Shown here: one piece after another, positions 52,798-62,319 of the stretch | How positions within the stretch are numbered: position 1 is the stretch's first letter | Layout of the letters: each line of letters starts with the position of its first letter | Source: Syntrophales bacterium | GTDB lineage: Bacteria > Desulfobacterota > Syntrophia > Syntrophales > UBA8958 | Reading direction: 5' to 3' | Assembly: GCA_035358955.1 (NCBI GenBank) | Contig: DAORXN010000007.1 | Span: 27,174-91,173, forward strand | Length of the DNA: 64,000 bases | Program-made: the position numbers and the translations under genes | The notes under the pieces: model-generated | Seen by the model: only the letters and a program-made list of their open reading frames with translations | Databases searched by the model: none | What the model was told of the DNA's origin: nothing

Positions 52798-54105
52798 TCA
52801 TACCTTCAGGTGCAAGAGGGGAAGCCCCAGGTGCTTGCGTTTTGTCTCCCCGTTGAGGGTCATCGCCTCACGGCAGGTGGGCTTCCCCCTTTTCCCCTTC
52901 CCCTTTTCCTCGATGGGATGGGAAGAAGCAAGATGTATGGTATGCTTACCGTATTTGCCGTTGATGAAGTCAATGGCGTGGTAAAGAAGGCGCATCCTCT
53001 CCGCCCGGAGGGGGTCTTCGAAAAGGGAGTACTGGGTTTGGTCGTCCGGCTTGAGGTGGGTAAGTACCACGCCCGTGGCCCGGTAGAAGAAATCGGGTCG
53101 GTAAAGGTGATGAAACTGCTCCCTGAGAAGAGGAGATATCTCTGGGGGATAGCTGGAAGGGCGGCTGAGTTTGGTCTCTGCAGCCTGGATCTCGAAGTTC
53201 TGCTGCTTGAGGTAGGAGATGAGACCCCCTGCCATTAGGTTGTACCGGCGGGCCTTTATACAGGCAGATTCGAGGTTCCTGAGGAGGTGGGCGAAGAGGT
53301 ACTCGGCGTCGTTCGTAGGCGGGGCGAAGGTCTTGGTTTTGCTGATGGAGGCGTAAGATTCCTTTTCGCCGTCAATTACGGGGAGTACCGCCTCCCCCCG
53401 GAGCTCCCGCCAGATTTCCACCCCCGGCTTGGTGAGGCGCTTCCGGACAATGTTTTCCGGGAGGCGGGCAAAGTCGAGGGCGGTTATGACGCCGAGTTTT
53501 CTGAGATAGGCGGCGGTAGCGGGTCCGATGCCCCATACCTTTTCTACCGCGAGGTCCCGGAGGAAATGGGCAATGGCGCGACCGGGGATGAACGTAACGC
53601 CACCCGGCTTGCGATGTTTGGAGGCAATTTTGGCGAGTACCTTGGAAAGGCTCAAGCCCACGGAAACGCTTATCCCCAACTCTTTCCCGATCTCTTCCCG
53701 AACGGCGAGGGCGATTTCCTCGTAGGACATATTTAAGACCCTACGCAGGCCCGTTATGTCCGCGAAGGCCTCGTCGATGGAGTATTCTTCCACCTGGGGG
53801 GTAAAGCGGCGAAGGATGGAGAACATGCGGCGGGAGAAGAGGGAATAAGTTTCGTAATCGGAGGGGAGAACGATGAGTTCTGGACAGCGTCGCCGCGCCT
53901 CATGGATGGGAATGCCCCGCTGTATGCCTCGGGCCTTGGCGGCATAGCTGGCACAAGCGATGATACCCCTTTCGGCGCCGGTGACGATGGGTTTCCCTCG
54001 CAGTTCTGGGTGGATGGCTTCCTCGCAGGAGGCAAAAAAGGCATCGGCGTCGAGGTGTAAAATGGCCCGCGGCCAAGATGTGAGACTGAAAATTAGGTCG
54101 CCCAT
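52798..54105 (-). CDS. Y-family (translesion) DNA polymerase, UmuC/DinB-like
   Basis: 435 aa. ILHLDADAFFASCE catalytic Asp motif, SIDEAFADITG, and a C-terminal ..INGKYGKHTIHLASS.. tail as in UmuC-like proteins. Confidence 0.9.
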   Translation of the reverse strand: MGDLIFSLTSWPRAILHLDADAFFASCEEAIHPELRGKPIVTGAERGIIACASYAAKARGIQRGIPIHEARRRCPELIVLPSDYETYSLFSRRMFSILRRFTPQVEEYSIDEAFADITGLRRVLNMSYEEIALAVREEIGKELGISVSVGLSLSKVLAKIASKHRKPGGVTFIPGRAIAHFLRDLAVEKVWGIGPATAAYLRKLGVITALDFARLPENIVRKRLTKPGVEIWRELRGEAVLPVIDGEKESYASISKTKTFAPPTNDAEYLFAHLLRNLESACIKARRYNLMAGGLISYLKQQNFEIQAAETKLSRPSSYPPEISPLLREQFHHLYRPDFFYRATGVVLTHLKPDDQTQYSLFEDPLRAERMRLLYHAIDFINGKYGKHTIHLASSHPIEEKGKGKRGKPTCREAMTLNGETKRKHLGLPLLHLKV

Positions 54106-54133
54106 CTAAGAACCTCCTTCCTTACGCTGGCCG

Positions 54134-54163
54134 ATTATAATAGAACATATGTTCTATTGTCAA
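54134..54163 (-). promoter_or_regulatory. Consensus sigma-70 promoter with an embedded LexA-type (GAAC-N4-GTTC) operator for the Y-family polymerase
   Basis: Minus strand: TTGACA (54163-54158), then ATAGAACATATGTTCTAT (54157-54140), then TATAAT (54139-54134). The 18-nt spacer is a perfect palindrome containing AGAACATATGTTCT. GGAAGGAGG RBS and the ATG at 54105 follow. Confidence 0.7.
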
Positions 54164-54214
54164 GGGGGAGTTCCCCGTATAGAGTGATGGGAAAACGAGC
54201 GAAGGGAGGAAATT

Positions 54215-54658
54215 ATGAGGTATTCTCAAGCGAAAGCGGGGAGGGTTTTCGTTATCCGCCTGGAAGATGGCGAGGTGGTACATGAAGCCATAGAATCCCT
54301 CGCCCGGAGGGAAGGCATTCGGGCCGCCGCCCTCGTCATCTTAGGAGGGGCAGATACCGGTAGCCGCTTGGTGGTCGGCCCCGAAGAGGGAAGGGCAAGG
54401 CCCGTGGTACCCATGACGCATGACCTGACGGATGTTTATGAGGTGGCGGGGGTGGGAACCATTTTCCCCGATGAAGAGGGAAATCCCGTCCTCCACATGC
54501 ATACCGCTTGCGGACGGAAGGGGGAAACCTTGACTGGTTGCGTACGGATGGGGGTAAAGGTGTGGGAGGTGATGGAGGCCGTTCTCTGGGAAATTACGGA
54601 CACGTCGGCAGTACGCAGGATCGATGAGAAGACGGGCTTCAAGCTCCTTGCGCCGTAA
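54215..54658 (+). CDS. PPC (DUF296) domain protein
   Basis: 147 aa. ..GRVFVIRLEDGEVVHEAIESLARREGIRAAALVILGG.. and ..LHMHTACG.. fit the PPC/DUF296 beta-sandwich family. Confidence 0.65.
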   Translation: MRYSQAKAGRVFVIRLEDGEVVHEAIESLARREGIRAAALVILGGADTGSRLVVGPEEGRARPVVPMTHDLTDVYEVAGVGTIFPDEEGNPVLHMHTACGRKGETLTGCVRMGVKVWEVMEAVLWEITDTSAVRRIDEKTGFKLLAP

Positions 54659-54672
54659 GAGAAGGAGAGCAA

Positions 54673-55200
54673 ATGACGGACAAAAAAGGGATCGTTTATA
54701 TTCTTACGGGAGACGGAAAGGGAAAGACCACGGCAGCCTTGGGTCTTGCCCTCCGCGTTATCGGCCACGGAGGGAAGGTTTACATGGCCCAGTTCATGAA
54801 AGGAAGGGCATACGGAGAAAACCTTGCGGCCGGCAGGTATCTCCCTTCCCTGGTAATAGAACAGTACGGGCGGGACGAATTCGTGTGCCCGAAGTCACCC
54901 GCGGCCGTAGATAGGAAGCTTGCCGGGGAAGGTATGCAGGCGGTTAGAGGGGCTATTAAAGCTCAGCTCTACGATCTCGTTATCCTCGATGAGATAAACG
55001 TGGCCGTTTCTTACGGGCTCGTTCCCCTGGAGGAGGTGCTCGAACTGATTAGGGCTAAGCCCGCCCCTCTGGATCTTGTACTTACCGGCCGTTATGCCCC
55101 GCCGGAGCTTATAGCCGCCGCGGACACGGTAAGTGAAGTGCGGGAGGTCAAGCACCATTTTAGGGCCGGCGTAAAAGAGAGGGCGGGAATGGAGTTCTAA
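54673..55200 (+). CDS. cobO: Cob(I)yrinic acid a,c-diamide adenosyltransferase (CobA/CobO type)
   Basis: 175 aa. P-loop TGDGKGKTTAALGLALR and LVILDEINVA. Confidence 0.85.
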   Translation: MTDKKGIVYILTGDGKGKTTAALGLALRVIGHGGKVYMAQFMKGRAYGENLAAGRYLPSLVIEQYGRDEFVCPKSPAAVDRKLAGEGMQAVRGAIKAQLYDLVILDEINVAVSYGLVPLEEVLELIRAKPAPLDLVLTGRYAPPELIAAADTVSEVREVKHHFRAGVKERAGMEF

Positions 55201-55940
55201 GGCCCTTTTGTCCTTGATTGGAGGGCCCAGGAAATCTGTCGGCAGATACCCCGGATAATCTTCACATCCCGGGCCAGGAGACCCGTTCGGGAAAAGAAGC
55301 GACGCAAATGATACATGAAGTATTCGGGATTCTGGGGGTTGAGGAAGCCTATCGCCATGAGTATCTCTTTCAGGTTGGCGTACATGCCCTCTATCTCGGC
55401 AGACGTGGCCAGGCGGGGAACAAAGGCAGGGACGGTCGCTCTCGTGGCCATAAATACTTCGTAGCAGACTATCATCACGGCATGGGATAGATTGATGGAT
55501 TTGAATGTGCCCGCGGTGGGGATGGTAACGATTTCATGGCAGAAGCGCAAATCTTCGTTCGTAAGACCCCGGTCTTCGGAGCCGAAGAGCAAAGCCACTT
55601 GGTTTTTCTGGGCCAGGAGGGCTATTTTCTCCGCCACCTCCCTTAAGGAACCCGTCGGTCCCCGCTGGGCCCCCGTCCGGGCGGTGGTGCCTACTATGAA
55701 GTGGAAATCGGAAAGGGCCTTTTTCAGATTGTCGGTAAAGATGGCATTATCGATGACATCGCTGGCAAAATGGGTGGCCATCATCTTCATCTCTTCCGGC
55801 GCGAAAGGGCCTCCCTCGGAGACGATGAGGCGCGTAAAACCCATGTTTTTCATAGCCCGAGCGGCGGAGCCTATGTTTCCGGCGTACTTGGGTCGGTGAA
55901 GGATGACGGCTATCTCTCGGGCAATCTTGTTCTCATCCAT
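55197..55940 (-). CDS. SpoU/TrmH-family tRNA 2'-O-methyltransferase (TrmJ-like)
   Basis: 247 aa. ..RPKYAGNIGSAARAMKNMG.., ..LLFGSEDRGLTNE.. and ..IPTAGTFKSINLSHA.. are SPOUT motifs. Confidence 0.85.
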   Translation of the reverse strand: MDENKIAREIAVILHRPKYAGNIGSAARAMKNMGFTRLIVSEGGPFAPEEMKMMATHFASDVIDNAIFTDNLKKALSDFHFIVGTTARTGAQRGPTGSLREVAEKIALLAQKNQVALLFGSEDRGLTNEDLRFCHEIVTIPTAGTFKSINLSHAVMIVCYEVFMATRATVPAFVPRLATSAEIEGMYANLKEILMAIGFLNPQNPEYFMYHLRRFFSRTGLLARDVKIIRGICRQISWALQSRTKGP

Positions 55941-56022
55941 GATCCCATCTCACAGCTTTATTCACCGCCGGAGGGATGAAAACTTACTTCCATCTCCCGG
56001 GGTGATTTGTTATGATAATACC

Positions 56023-56745
56023 ATGTTTGAAGGCACCGTTCCCGTAAAAATTAAGAGGAGCCCGAAGCCAAGACGTTGCCTCTCCTGCGGGGTGGAGATG
56101 AAATCGGGCCGGAGGAAGTACTGCTCCACCGAATGTCGTCAGAAGCTGAAGCTGAAATTAGAAGCCCGGGTCGGACTCGTTCAAGCCTTAAATGCTCGAT
56201 ATGCGACTTTCTATTTTTCGGAGAAGATGATTATGATGGATTTGCTGCTGTACGGCACGGCAGAGATATTCAGTTTTTTCTATCCCCGGACACCGGGAAG
56301 GAAGCCGGCGGACGATTTCAGCGCCATGGCCAATCTGCTCGGGGATATTTGGTGGGCGGAAAAGAGACGGACGAACAAGCGCCATCTGGCCGCCATGAGG
56401 GTCTTGAGCTTGGCGGAGAGAAACGTAAATGGGATCGATACGGTGAAACCATCTCTGATCACAATTTACTCCATCAACAGGAAATACCTAAAACGGCTTC
56501 AGATTGACAAGAGGGACCTTCTTTCTCCCGAACTCATGAACATAATAAAGAACGCCTACCGGCGTTTGGCCAAGGTCTATCATCCCGATGTGGGCGGGGA
56601 CGCCGATTCTTTCCGCCAACTTCAGGAGGCTTACGAGGGGATGATAACGTGGAGTGAGAATCCCCGCATCTCCAGGCGCCGAGGATTCCCGGATAAGTGG
56701 CTTTACGACGGAGAAAAGAGACGCTGGTTACAACCCTTAGGTTAA
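56023..56745 (+). CDS. Zinc-ribbon protein with a C-terminal J-domain
   Basis: The likely start is the ATG at 56023 (MFEGTVPVKIKR). CLSCGVEMKSGRRKYCSTEC is a ribbon. C-terminal KNAYRRLAKVYHPDVGGDADSFRQLQEAYE is a J-domain with the HPD tripeptide. The upstream part of the track ORF overlaps the trmJ-like gene. Confidence 0.6.
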   Translation: MFEGTVPVKIKRSPKPRRCLSCGVEMKSGRRKYCSTECRQKLKLKLEARVGLVQALNARYATFYFSEKMIMMDLLLYGTAEIFSFFYPRTPGRKPADDFSAMANLLGDIWWAEKRRTNKRHLAAMRVLSLAERNVNGIDTVKPSLITIYSINRKYLKRLQIDKRDLLSPELMNIIKNAYRRLAKVYHPDVGGDADSFRQLQEAYEGMITWSENPRISRRRGFPDKWLYDGEKRRWLQPLG

Positions 56746-56759
56746 GGAGGTAATAGCTT

Positions 56760-57416
56760 ATGAAGGTGGGAGTGGTTTTATCCGGTTGTGGTGTATACGA
56801 CGGGGCAGAAGTTCACGAGGCCACCCTGGTCCTCTACTTTTTGGATCGGGCCGGGGTGGAGATACTGTGCATGGCCCCTCACGTTCCCCAGATGCATGTG
56901 ATCGACCATACGACGGGGAATCCCACGGCAGAGACGCGCCATGTCCTGGTGGAGGCGGCGCGCATTGCTCGGGGTGAGATAAGGGATATGGCGTCCGTCA
57001 CGGCCCAGGATATGGATGCCATCATCTTTCCGGGTGGATACGGTGCGGCCAAGAACCTCTGCGATTTCGCCGTAAAGGGTGTGGATTGCAAAGTGCAGCC
57101 GGAAGTGGAAAGAATCATCAAGGAGATGCACGCGGCCGGTAAACCCCAGGGATTCATCTGCATTGCCCCCGTTCTCGCCGCCAAAGTTTTGGGGAGCCGT
57201 GGACCACGCCTGACCATCGGCAACGATGCTGCCACCGCCCAGGCGATAAATGCCATGGGAGCCGTTCACCTTACCGCGGCTGTGGACGAAGTCGTCATCT
57301 GCAATAAGAACAAGATCGTAACCACCCCCGCTTACATGCTGGGGCCCACCATTTCCCATGTCGCCAAGGGAATCGAGAAGCTCGTGGGAGAGATTATAAG
57401 ACTGGCCAGGGGATGA
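56760..57416 (+). CDS. elbB: DJ-1/PfpI-family protein, ElbB-like glyoxalase
   Basis: 218 aa. KVGVVLSGCGVYDGAEVHEATL and ..FPGGYGAAKNL..ICIAP.. match ElbB-type proteins. Confidence 0.85.
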   Translation: MKVGVVLSGCGVYDGAEVHEATLVLYFLDRAGVEILCMAPHVPQMHVIDHTTGNPTAETRHVLVEAARIARGEIRDMASVTAQDMDAIIFPGGYGAAKNLCDFAVKGVDCKVQPEVERIIKEMHAAGKPQGFICIAPVLAAKVLGSRGPRLTIGNDAATAQAINAMGAVHLTAAVDEVVICNKNKIVTTPAYMLGPTISHVAKGIEKLVGEIIRLARG

Positions 57417-57431
57417 CGGGGAAAATCGCTA

Positions 57432-59051
57432 ATGGAGATAAAAACCGATTTTCTCGTCATCGGAAGTGGCATTGCCGGTCTTACTTTTGCGATCAAGGCC
57501 GCCTCTTTGGGTTCGGTCGCCGTAGTTACCAAGAAGGAAGCCTGGGAATCGAACACAAACTATGCCCAAGGCGGGGTGGCCGCCGTGGTGGACCCTTCCG
57601 ATGCCTTTGAATATCATATCCAAGACACTATCATGGCCGGCGCCGGTTTATGCCGGGAGGACGTGGTGGAATTCGTCGTTCGTGAAGGGCCCGAGCGGAT
57701 ACGAGAGCTCATAGACTGGGGTGTGACCTTCACGAAATCGGATCAAGTCGAGGGAGAATTTTACGATCTCGGGCAAGAAGGGGGGCACTCCCGCCGGCGG
57801 GTGCTCCATGCCACCGATTTCACGGGCCGGGAGATAGAGAGGGCCTTACTCGAGAAAGCCCGCACGCTTGCGTCCATAGAAATATTCGAGCATTTTTTTG
57901 CCATTGACCTCATCATGAAGTCCCGCGTTTTGGGCCGTCGGGGCGGCAATACGGAGCGGTGCCTGGGGGCTTACGTGTTCGATATTGAGCGTAATTTGGT
58001 GCACACCTTTCTCGCCCGATTTGTCGTCCTGGCCACCGGTGGGGCAGGGAAGGTCTACACCGTGACGACCAACCCCGATGTCGCTACGGGAGATGGTATT
58101 GCCATGGCCTACCGGGCGGGGGCCCGGATAGCCAATATGGAGTTCATCCAGTTTCACCCTACTTGTCTGTACCATCTTGAGGTGAAGTCCTTTCTCATCA
58201 GCGAGGCTGTGAGGGGAGAGGGAGGGATTCTGAGGCTCAAAAACGGTGAGGCGTTCATGGAGAGGTATCACCCCCTGAAAGACCTGGCTCCCCGGGATGT
58301 GGTAGCCAGGGCCATAGATAACGAGCTCAAGAGAACGGGGGACGAGTGTGTATATCTCGATATTACCCACCGGGACCGGAATTTCATCCAGGAGAGATTT
58401 CCCAATATCTACGAACAGTGCCTGCGTCTGGGTATCGATATCAGCGTGGACCCCATCCCCGTTGTACCGGCCGCCCATTATATCTGTGGGGGGGTCATGG
58501 TGGACCACTACGGGATGACCAATATCCCGGGCCTTTTTGCCTGCGGGGAAGTTTCTTGTACGGGATTTCACGGCGCGAACCGGCTGGCGAGTAACTCCCT
58601 CCTCGAGGGGGTGGTGTTTGCCCATCGGGTTTATCTCAAGGTAAGGGAGCTTCTATCCGAATGGCAGGAGGAGGCCCTTGCCATTCCGGCCTGGGATGCC
58701 AAGGGGGCTACGGAAAGCGACGAGTCTATCGTGGTTTCTCACAACTGGGACGAGATTAGGAGGTGCATGTCCAATTACGTGGGCATTGTGCGTTCCAACA
58801 AGCGGCTGGCCCGGGCCGAGCGGCGCATCGATCTCATAAGCCGCGAAATTGATGAGTACTACTGGGATTTCATCATTACCCGTGATCTCCTCGAGTTACG
58901 TAATATTGCCGTAGTGGCTCGATTAATCATCCTCTGTGCGAGAATGCGTAAAGAAAGCCGGGGGCTCCATTACAATATCGATTATCCGGAAAGGGATGAC
59001 CGCAACTGGCTTCGGGATACCGTGCTGGATAGATATTCCTCGGGATTTTGA
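57432..59051 (+). CDS. nadB: L-aspartate oxidase
   Basis: 539 aa. FAD motif DFLVIGSGIAGL, ..HPTCL.., ..SEAVRGEGG.. and GLFACGEVSCTGFHGANRLASNSLLE. Confidence 0.95.
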   Translation: MEIKTDFLVIGSGIAGLTFAIKAASLGSVAVVTKKEAWESNTNYAQGGVAAVVDPSDAFEYHIQDTIMAGAGLCREDVVEFVVREGPERIRELIDWGVTFTKSDQVEGEFYDLGQEGGHSRRRVLHATDFTGREIERALLEKARTLASIEIFEHFFAIDLIMKSRVLGRRGGNTERCLGAYVFDIERNLVHTFLARFVVLATGGAGKVYTVTTNPDVATGDGIAMAYRAGARIANMEFIQFHPTCLYHLEVKSFLISEAVRGEGGILRLKNGEAFMERYHPLKDLAPRDVVARAIDNELKRTGDECVYLDITHRDRNFIQERFPNIYEQCLRLGIDISVDPIPVVPAAHYICGGVMVDHYGMTNIPGLFACGEVSCTGFHGANRLASNSLLEGVVFAHRVYLKVRELLSEWQEEALAIPAWDAKGATESDESIVVSHNWDEIRRCMSNYVGIVRSNKRLARAERRIDLISREIDEYYWDFIITRDLLELRNIAVVARLIILCARMRKESRGLHYNIDYPERDDRNWLRDTVLDRYSSGF

Positions 59052-59054
59052 TAG

Positions 59055-59711
59055 ATGATACTTGCCTTCGCTACCGTTTTTTCCACGGCTTTTCTCATTG
59101 CCCTATCCGGTGCACTCATGCCCGGGCCTCTTCTGATGGTGACCATAAGCGAGAGCCCCCGCCGCGGCTTTTTAACCGGGCCGCTTCTTGCCCTCGGTCA
59201 CAGCGTTCTCGAAGGGATTTTGGTTTTGGCCGTTATGGTGGGTCTATCTCCTTTTCTCAAGCGTTCGGGGGTGTTTGAGACGATCGCCGTCTTGGGGGCG
59301 GGCATGCTTATGTACATGGCCTGGGGGATGATAAAGGGGCTTTCCACTCTCTCCCTAAAGGGGCATGACACCGAGGCCCGTCCGCGCTCTCTCATCCTGG
59401 CCGGGGCCATGGTCAGTCTGGCCAACCCTTACTGGAGCCTGTGGTGGATAACCGTCGGCTTGGGTTATGTGATCTGGAGTATGAATTTCGGCCCCTGGGG
59501 GGTGATTTTATTCTTCTTCGGCCATATCCTGGCGGATTTTACCTGGTATTCGGCCGTATCCTTGGCCTTTTCCCGGGGGAAAGCACTCTTCTCTGATCGT
59601 GTCTACCGGGGCCTGGTGGGGATTTGCGCCCTCTTTCTCATCGGGTTTGCCTGCTACTTTCTCTCTGTCGCGGTGTCCAACCTTTCACGGTTATCCCTGG
59701 CGGGGACCTAA
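59055..59711 (+). CDS. LysE-family amino-acid exporter
   Basis: 218 aa with six predicted TM segments. The N-terminal ..SGALMPGPLL.. motif resembles LysE/RhtB translocators. Confidence 0.65.
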   Translation: MILAFATVFSTAFLIALSGALMPGPLLMVTISESPRRGFLTGPLLALGHSVLEGILVLAVMVGLSPFLKRSGVFETIAVLGAGMLMYMAWGMIKGLSTLSLKGHDTEARPRSLILAGAMVSLANPYWSLWWITVGLGYVIWSMNFGPWGVILFFFGHILADFTWYSAVSLAFSRGKALFSDRVYRGLVGICALFLIGFACYFLSVAVSNLSRLSLAGT

Positions 59712-61072
59712 AACAAATACTGGGGGAGCTCTTTCAGCGACCGGATGCGAATGGAGGTAAAATTTCCGACCGGGGGGTTTGTTTTTCTTGACCCGGCTCC
59801 GGCCGGCATGATGCATCGTCTGAAACCCAGGCGCGCCGCTTCTTTTAATCTAACCTCCCAGCTAAGAGAGCCGCGGATTTCTCCGGCCAGGCCTACTTCC
59901 CCGAAGACCACGGTGTCGGGTGCCACGGGGCGATCGAGAAAACTCGACATGAGGGAAGCGCAAATACCCAGGTCCACGGCCGGTTCGGAAACCTTGACGC
60001 CGCCTGCCACGTTGACGAATATGTCATGGCCACCGAGCCGGTACCCGCAAATCTTGTCCAGGATGGCGATAAGGAGGGAAACCCGGTTGGGATCTACCCC
60101 GATCACCGTTCGGCGGGGAATGCCGAAACCGCTGGCCGGGATGACAAGAGACTGGATTTCGATGAGGATGGGTCTCGTTCCCTCCATACTGGAGGCGACA
60201 ACGGAACCGGCGGCCTTTTCCGGTCTTTCGGCGAGGAAGTAAGCGGATGGATTTCCCACCTCCTCAAGGCCTGTGGTCTTCATTTCGAAGACGCCGATTT
60301 CGTTGGCCGGACCGAATCTGTTCTTGATGCTGCGTATGAGGCGGAAGGCCTGTCCCCCCTCCCCTTCGAAGTAAAGTACTGTGTCCACCATGTGCTCCAG
60401 CACCTTCGGGCCGGCAATGGCCCCATCCTTCGTCACATGGCCGACTAAGAAGAGGGGGATCCCTCTTTTCTTTGCCAAGAGAATGAGTTGTTCCGCCGAT
60501 TCCCTGATCTGTCCCACGCTGCCCGGTGCCGAGGTCAAGAGGGGGCTGTAAACCGTCTGGATGGAGTCGATGGCGACGGCCTCGGGTCTCGTCTCCTCAA
60601 TCTTTTCCATGATGGCATCCAGGGCAATTTCTACGAGGATATATAAATTTTCCATTAGGGCACCGATGCGCTCCCCCCGGAGTTTGATTTGTTTGGCCGA
60701 TTCTTCTCCGGAGACGTAAAGCACCTTTTTGCCTGCCTTGGCCAGGTGGCGGAAGAGTTGAAGGAGCAAAGTGGACTTTCCGATCCCCGGATCTCCTCCT
60801 ACGAGAATGGCCGAACCGGGCACAAGGCCACCCCCCAGGATGCGATCCAGTTCTCCCATACCCGTCGCCCATCGCTCCCTTTCTTCGGCGGGGATGGAGG
60901 TGATGGGTACGGGTGTGCCGTGGAATTTCAGGTTTCTGCCGGGAGAGGCACTCGCAACTTCCTCCTCCACGAATCGATTCCATTCCCCGCAGGCCGGGCA
61001 TCTGCCCAGCCATTTGGGCGACTGGTATCCGCAGTTCAGGCAGAAGAACGTTGTTTTTGCCTTTCTTTCCAT
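59708..61072 (-). CDS. radA: DNA repair protein RadA (Sms)
   Basis: 454 aa. Zinc ribbon CLNCGYQSPKWLGRCPACGEW, RecA-like Walker A GDPGIGKST, KNRFG motif, Lon-protease-like C-terminus. Confidence 0.95.
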   Translation of the reverse strand: MERKAKTTFFCLNCGYQSPKWLGRCPACGEWNRFVEEEVASASPGRNLKFHGTPVPITSIPAEERERWATGMGELDRILGGGLVPGSAILVGGDPGIGKSTLLLQLFRHLAKAGKKVLYVSGEESAKQIKLRGERIGALMENLYILVEIALDAIMEKIEETRPEAVAIDSIQTVYSPLLTSAPGSVGQIRESAEQLILLAKKRGIPLFLVGHVTKDGAIAGPKVLEHMVDTVLYFEGEGGQAFRLIRSIKNRFGPANEIGVFEMKTTGLEEVGNPSAYFLAERPEKAAGSVVASSMEGTRPILIEIQSLVIPASGFGIPRRTVIGVDPNRVSLLIAILDKICGYRLGGHDIFVNVAGGVKVSEPAVDLGICASLMSSFLDRPVAPDTVVFGEVGLAGEIRGSLSWEVRLKEAARLGFRRCIMPAGAGSRKTNPPVGNFTSIRIRSLKELPQYLF

Positions 61073-61174
61073 AGCTTAGCTCACCATCCCCCTCGAGGAC
61101 TTAAAAATGCTTGTATCGAAAAGAGAAGATTTGGTAAACATAAAAAGTTTAATTGAGAGTGGAGGATTTTACCT

Positions 61175-62305
61175 ATGCATAATCCATGTTTTAGCTCCGG
61201 GCCCTGCAGCAAGAGACCGGGTTGGAGCCTCGAGGTACTGAAAAACGCCCTGGTAGGTCGGTCACACCGATCGTCGGCCGGGAAAGAGAGGCTGTCTCAG
61301 GCCATTGAAGAGACGAAGCGTATCCTCGGTGTGCCGGAAGATTTTCTCGTGGGCATTATGCCGGGTTCCGATACCGGGGCATTTGAAGCCGCCATGTGGA
61401 ACCTTCTCGGCCCACGGCCGGTGACGGTTCTCGTATGGGAAAGCTTCTCCGAGGGGTGGGCCACGGACGTGGAGAAACAGTTGAAACTTTCACCGCGGGT
61501 CATGAAGGCCCCCTATGGGGAGATCCCCGATCTTTCGGCGATCGATTGGGATACAGACGTGGTATTCGTGGCCAATGGGACCACAAGCGGGGTCATGGTC
61601 CCCGGCTGGGAGTGGATTCCGAAAGACAGAAGAGGCCTTACATTGTGCGACGCTACAAGTGCCGCTTTCGCCATGGAAATAGACTGGAGCTACATCGATT
61701 GCCTCACCTTCTCCTGGCAGAAATGCCTGGGAGGTGAGGCCGCTCATGGGATGCTTATTTTAGGTCCCCGGGCAGTCGAGAGACTGGAATCTTACGAGCC
61801 CCCTTGGCCCCTGCCAAAGATATTCAGGATAAAAAAACAAGGAAAGGTAAACAGGGAAATTTTTGCGGGCGATACCATAAATACCCCCTCCCTCCTATGC
61901 GTGGAGGATTATCTCGATGCCCTCAAGTGGGCTTCACAGTTGGGGCTTTCCGGGCTCATAGCGAAAAGCAAGGCCAATTTCCGCGTCATCGAGAGATGGG
62001 TGAAAAAGAACAGCGCCTGGGTTGACTTTCTTGCCGCCAATCCGTCTGTTAGGTCTCATACTTCCGTCTGCCTCAAGGTGACGGATCCCAAGGTCACGGC
62101 CCTATCCAAAGGGGAGCAGGAAAAATTTCTCAAGGGCATCTCGTCTGAGTTGGCTTCGCGCGGTATCGCATACGATATCAATCCCTATCGTGAAGCGCCT
62201 CCTGGATTCAGGTTTTGGTGCGGGCCCACTGTGGAAGAAAAGGATTTGGAAACGGCGCTGGAGGCCTTGGCGAACCTTTATCGGGAACGGATTCAAACTT
62301 TATAA
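61175..62305 (+). CDS. serC: Phosphoserine aminotransferase (short, actinobacterial/archaeal-like type)
   Basis: 376 aa. N-terminal ..PCFSSGPCSKRPGW.. and the PLP-Lys region ..FSWQKCLGGE.. Followed by serA. Confidence 0.85.
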   Translation: MHNPCFSSGPCSKRPGWSLEVLKNALVGRSHRSSAGKERLSQAIEETKRILGVPEDFLVGIMPGSDTGAFEAAMWNLLGPRPVTVLVWESFSEGWATDVEKQLKLSPRVMKAPYGEIPDLSAIDWDTDVVFVANGTTSGVMVPGWEWIPKDRRGLTLCDATSAAFAMEIDWSYIDCLTFSWQKCLGGEAAHGMLILGPRAVERLESYEPPWPLPKIFRIKKQGKVNREIFAGDTINTPSLLCVEDYLDALKWASQLGLSGLIAKSKANFRVIERWVKKNSAWVDFLAANPSVRSHTSVCLKVTDPKVTALSKGEQEKFLKGISSELASRGIAYDINPYREAPPGFRFWCGPTVEEKDLETALEALANLYRERIQTL

Positions 62306-62319
62306 GAGGAGATTACGAG

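Noticed and set aside
52674-52856. 60-aa + strand ORF, and the N-terminal 15 codons of the antiporter track ORF (start 52704), both overlapping the second riboswitch.
   Set aside because: The region is explained by the riboswitch plus the SD/ATG at 52672-52657. The ATG at 52659 has a strong AAGGAG at the correct spacing, whereas 52704 has none.
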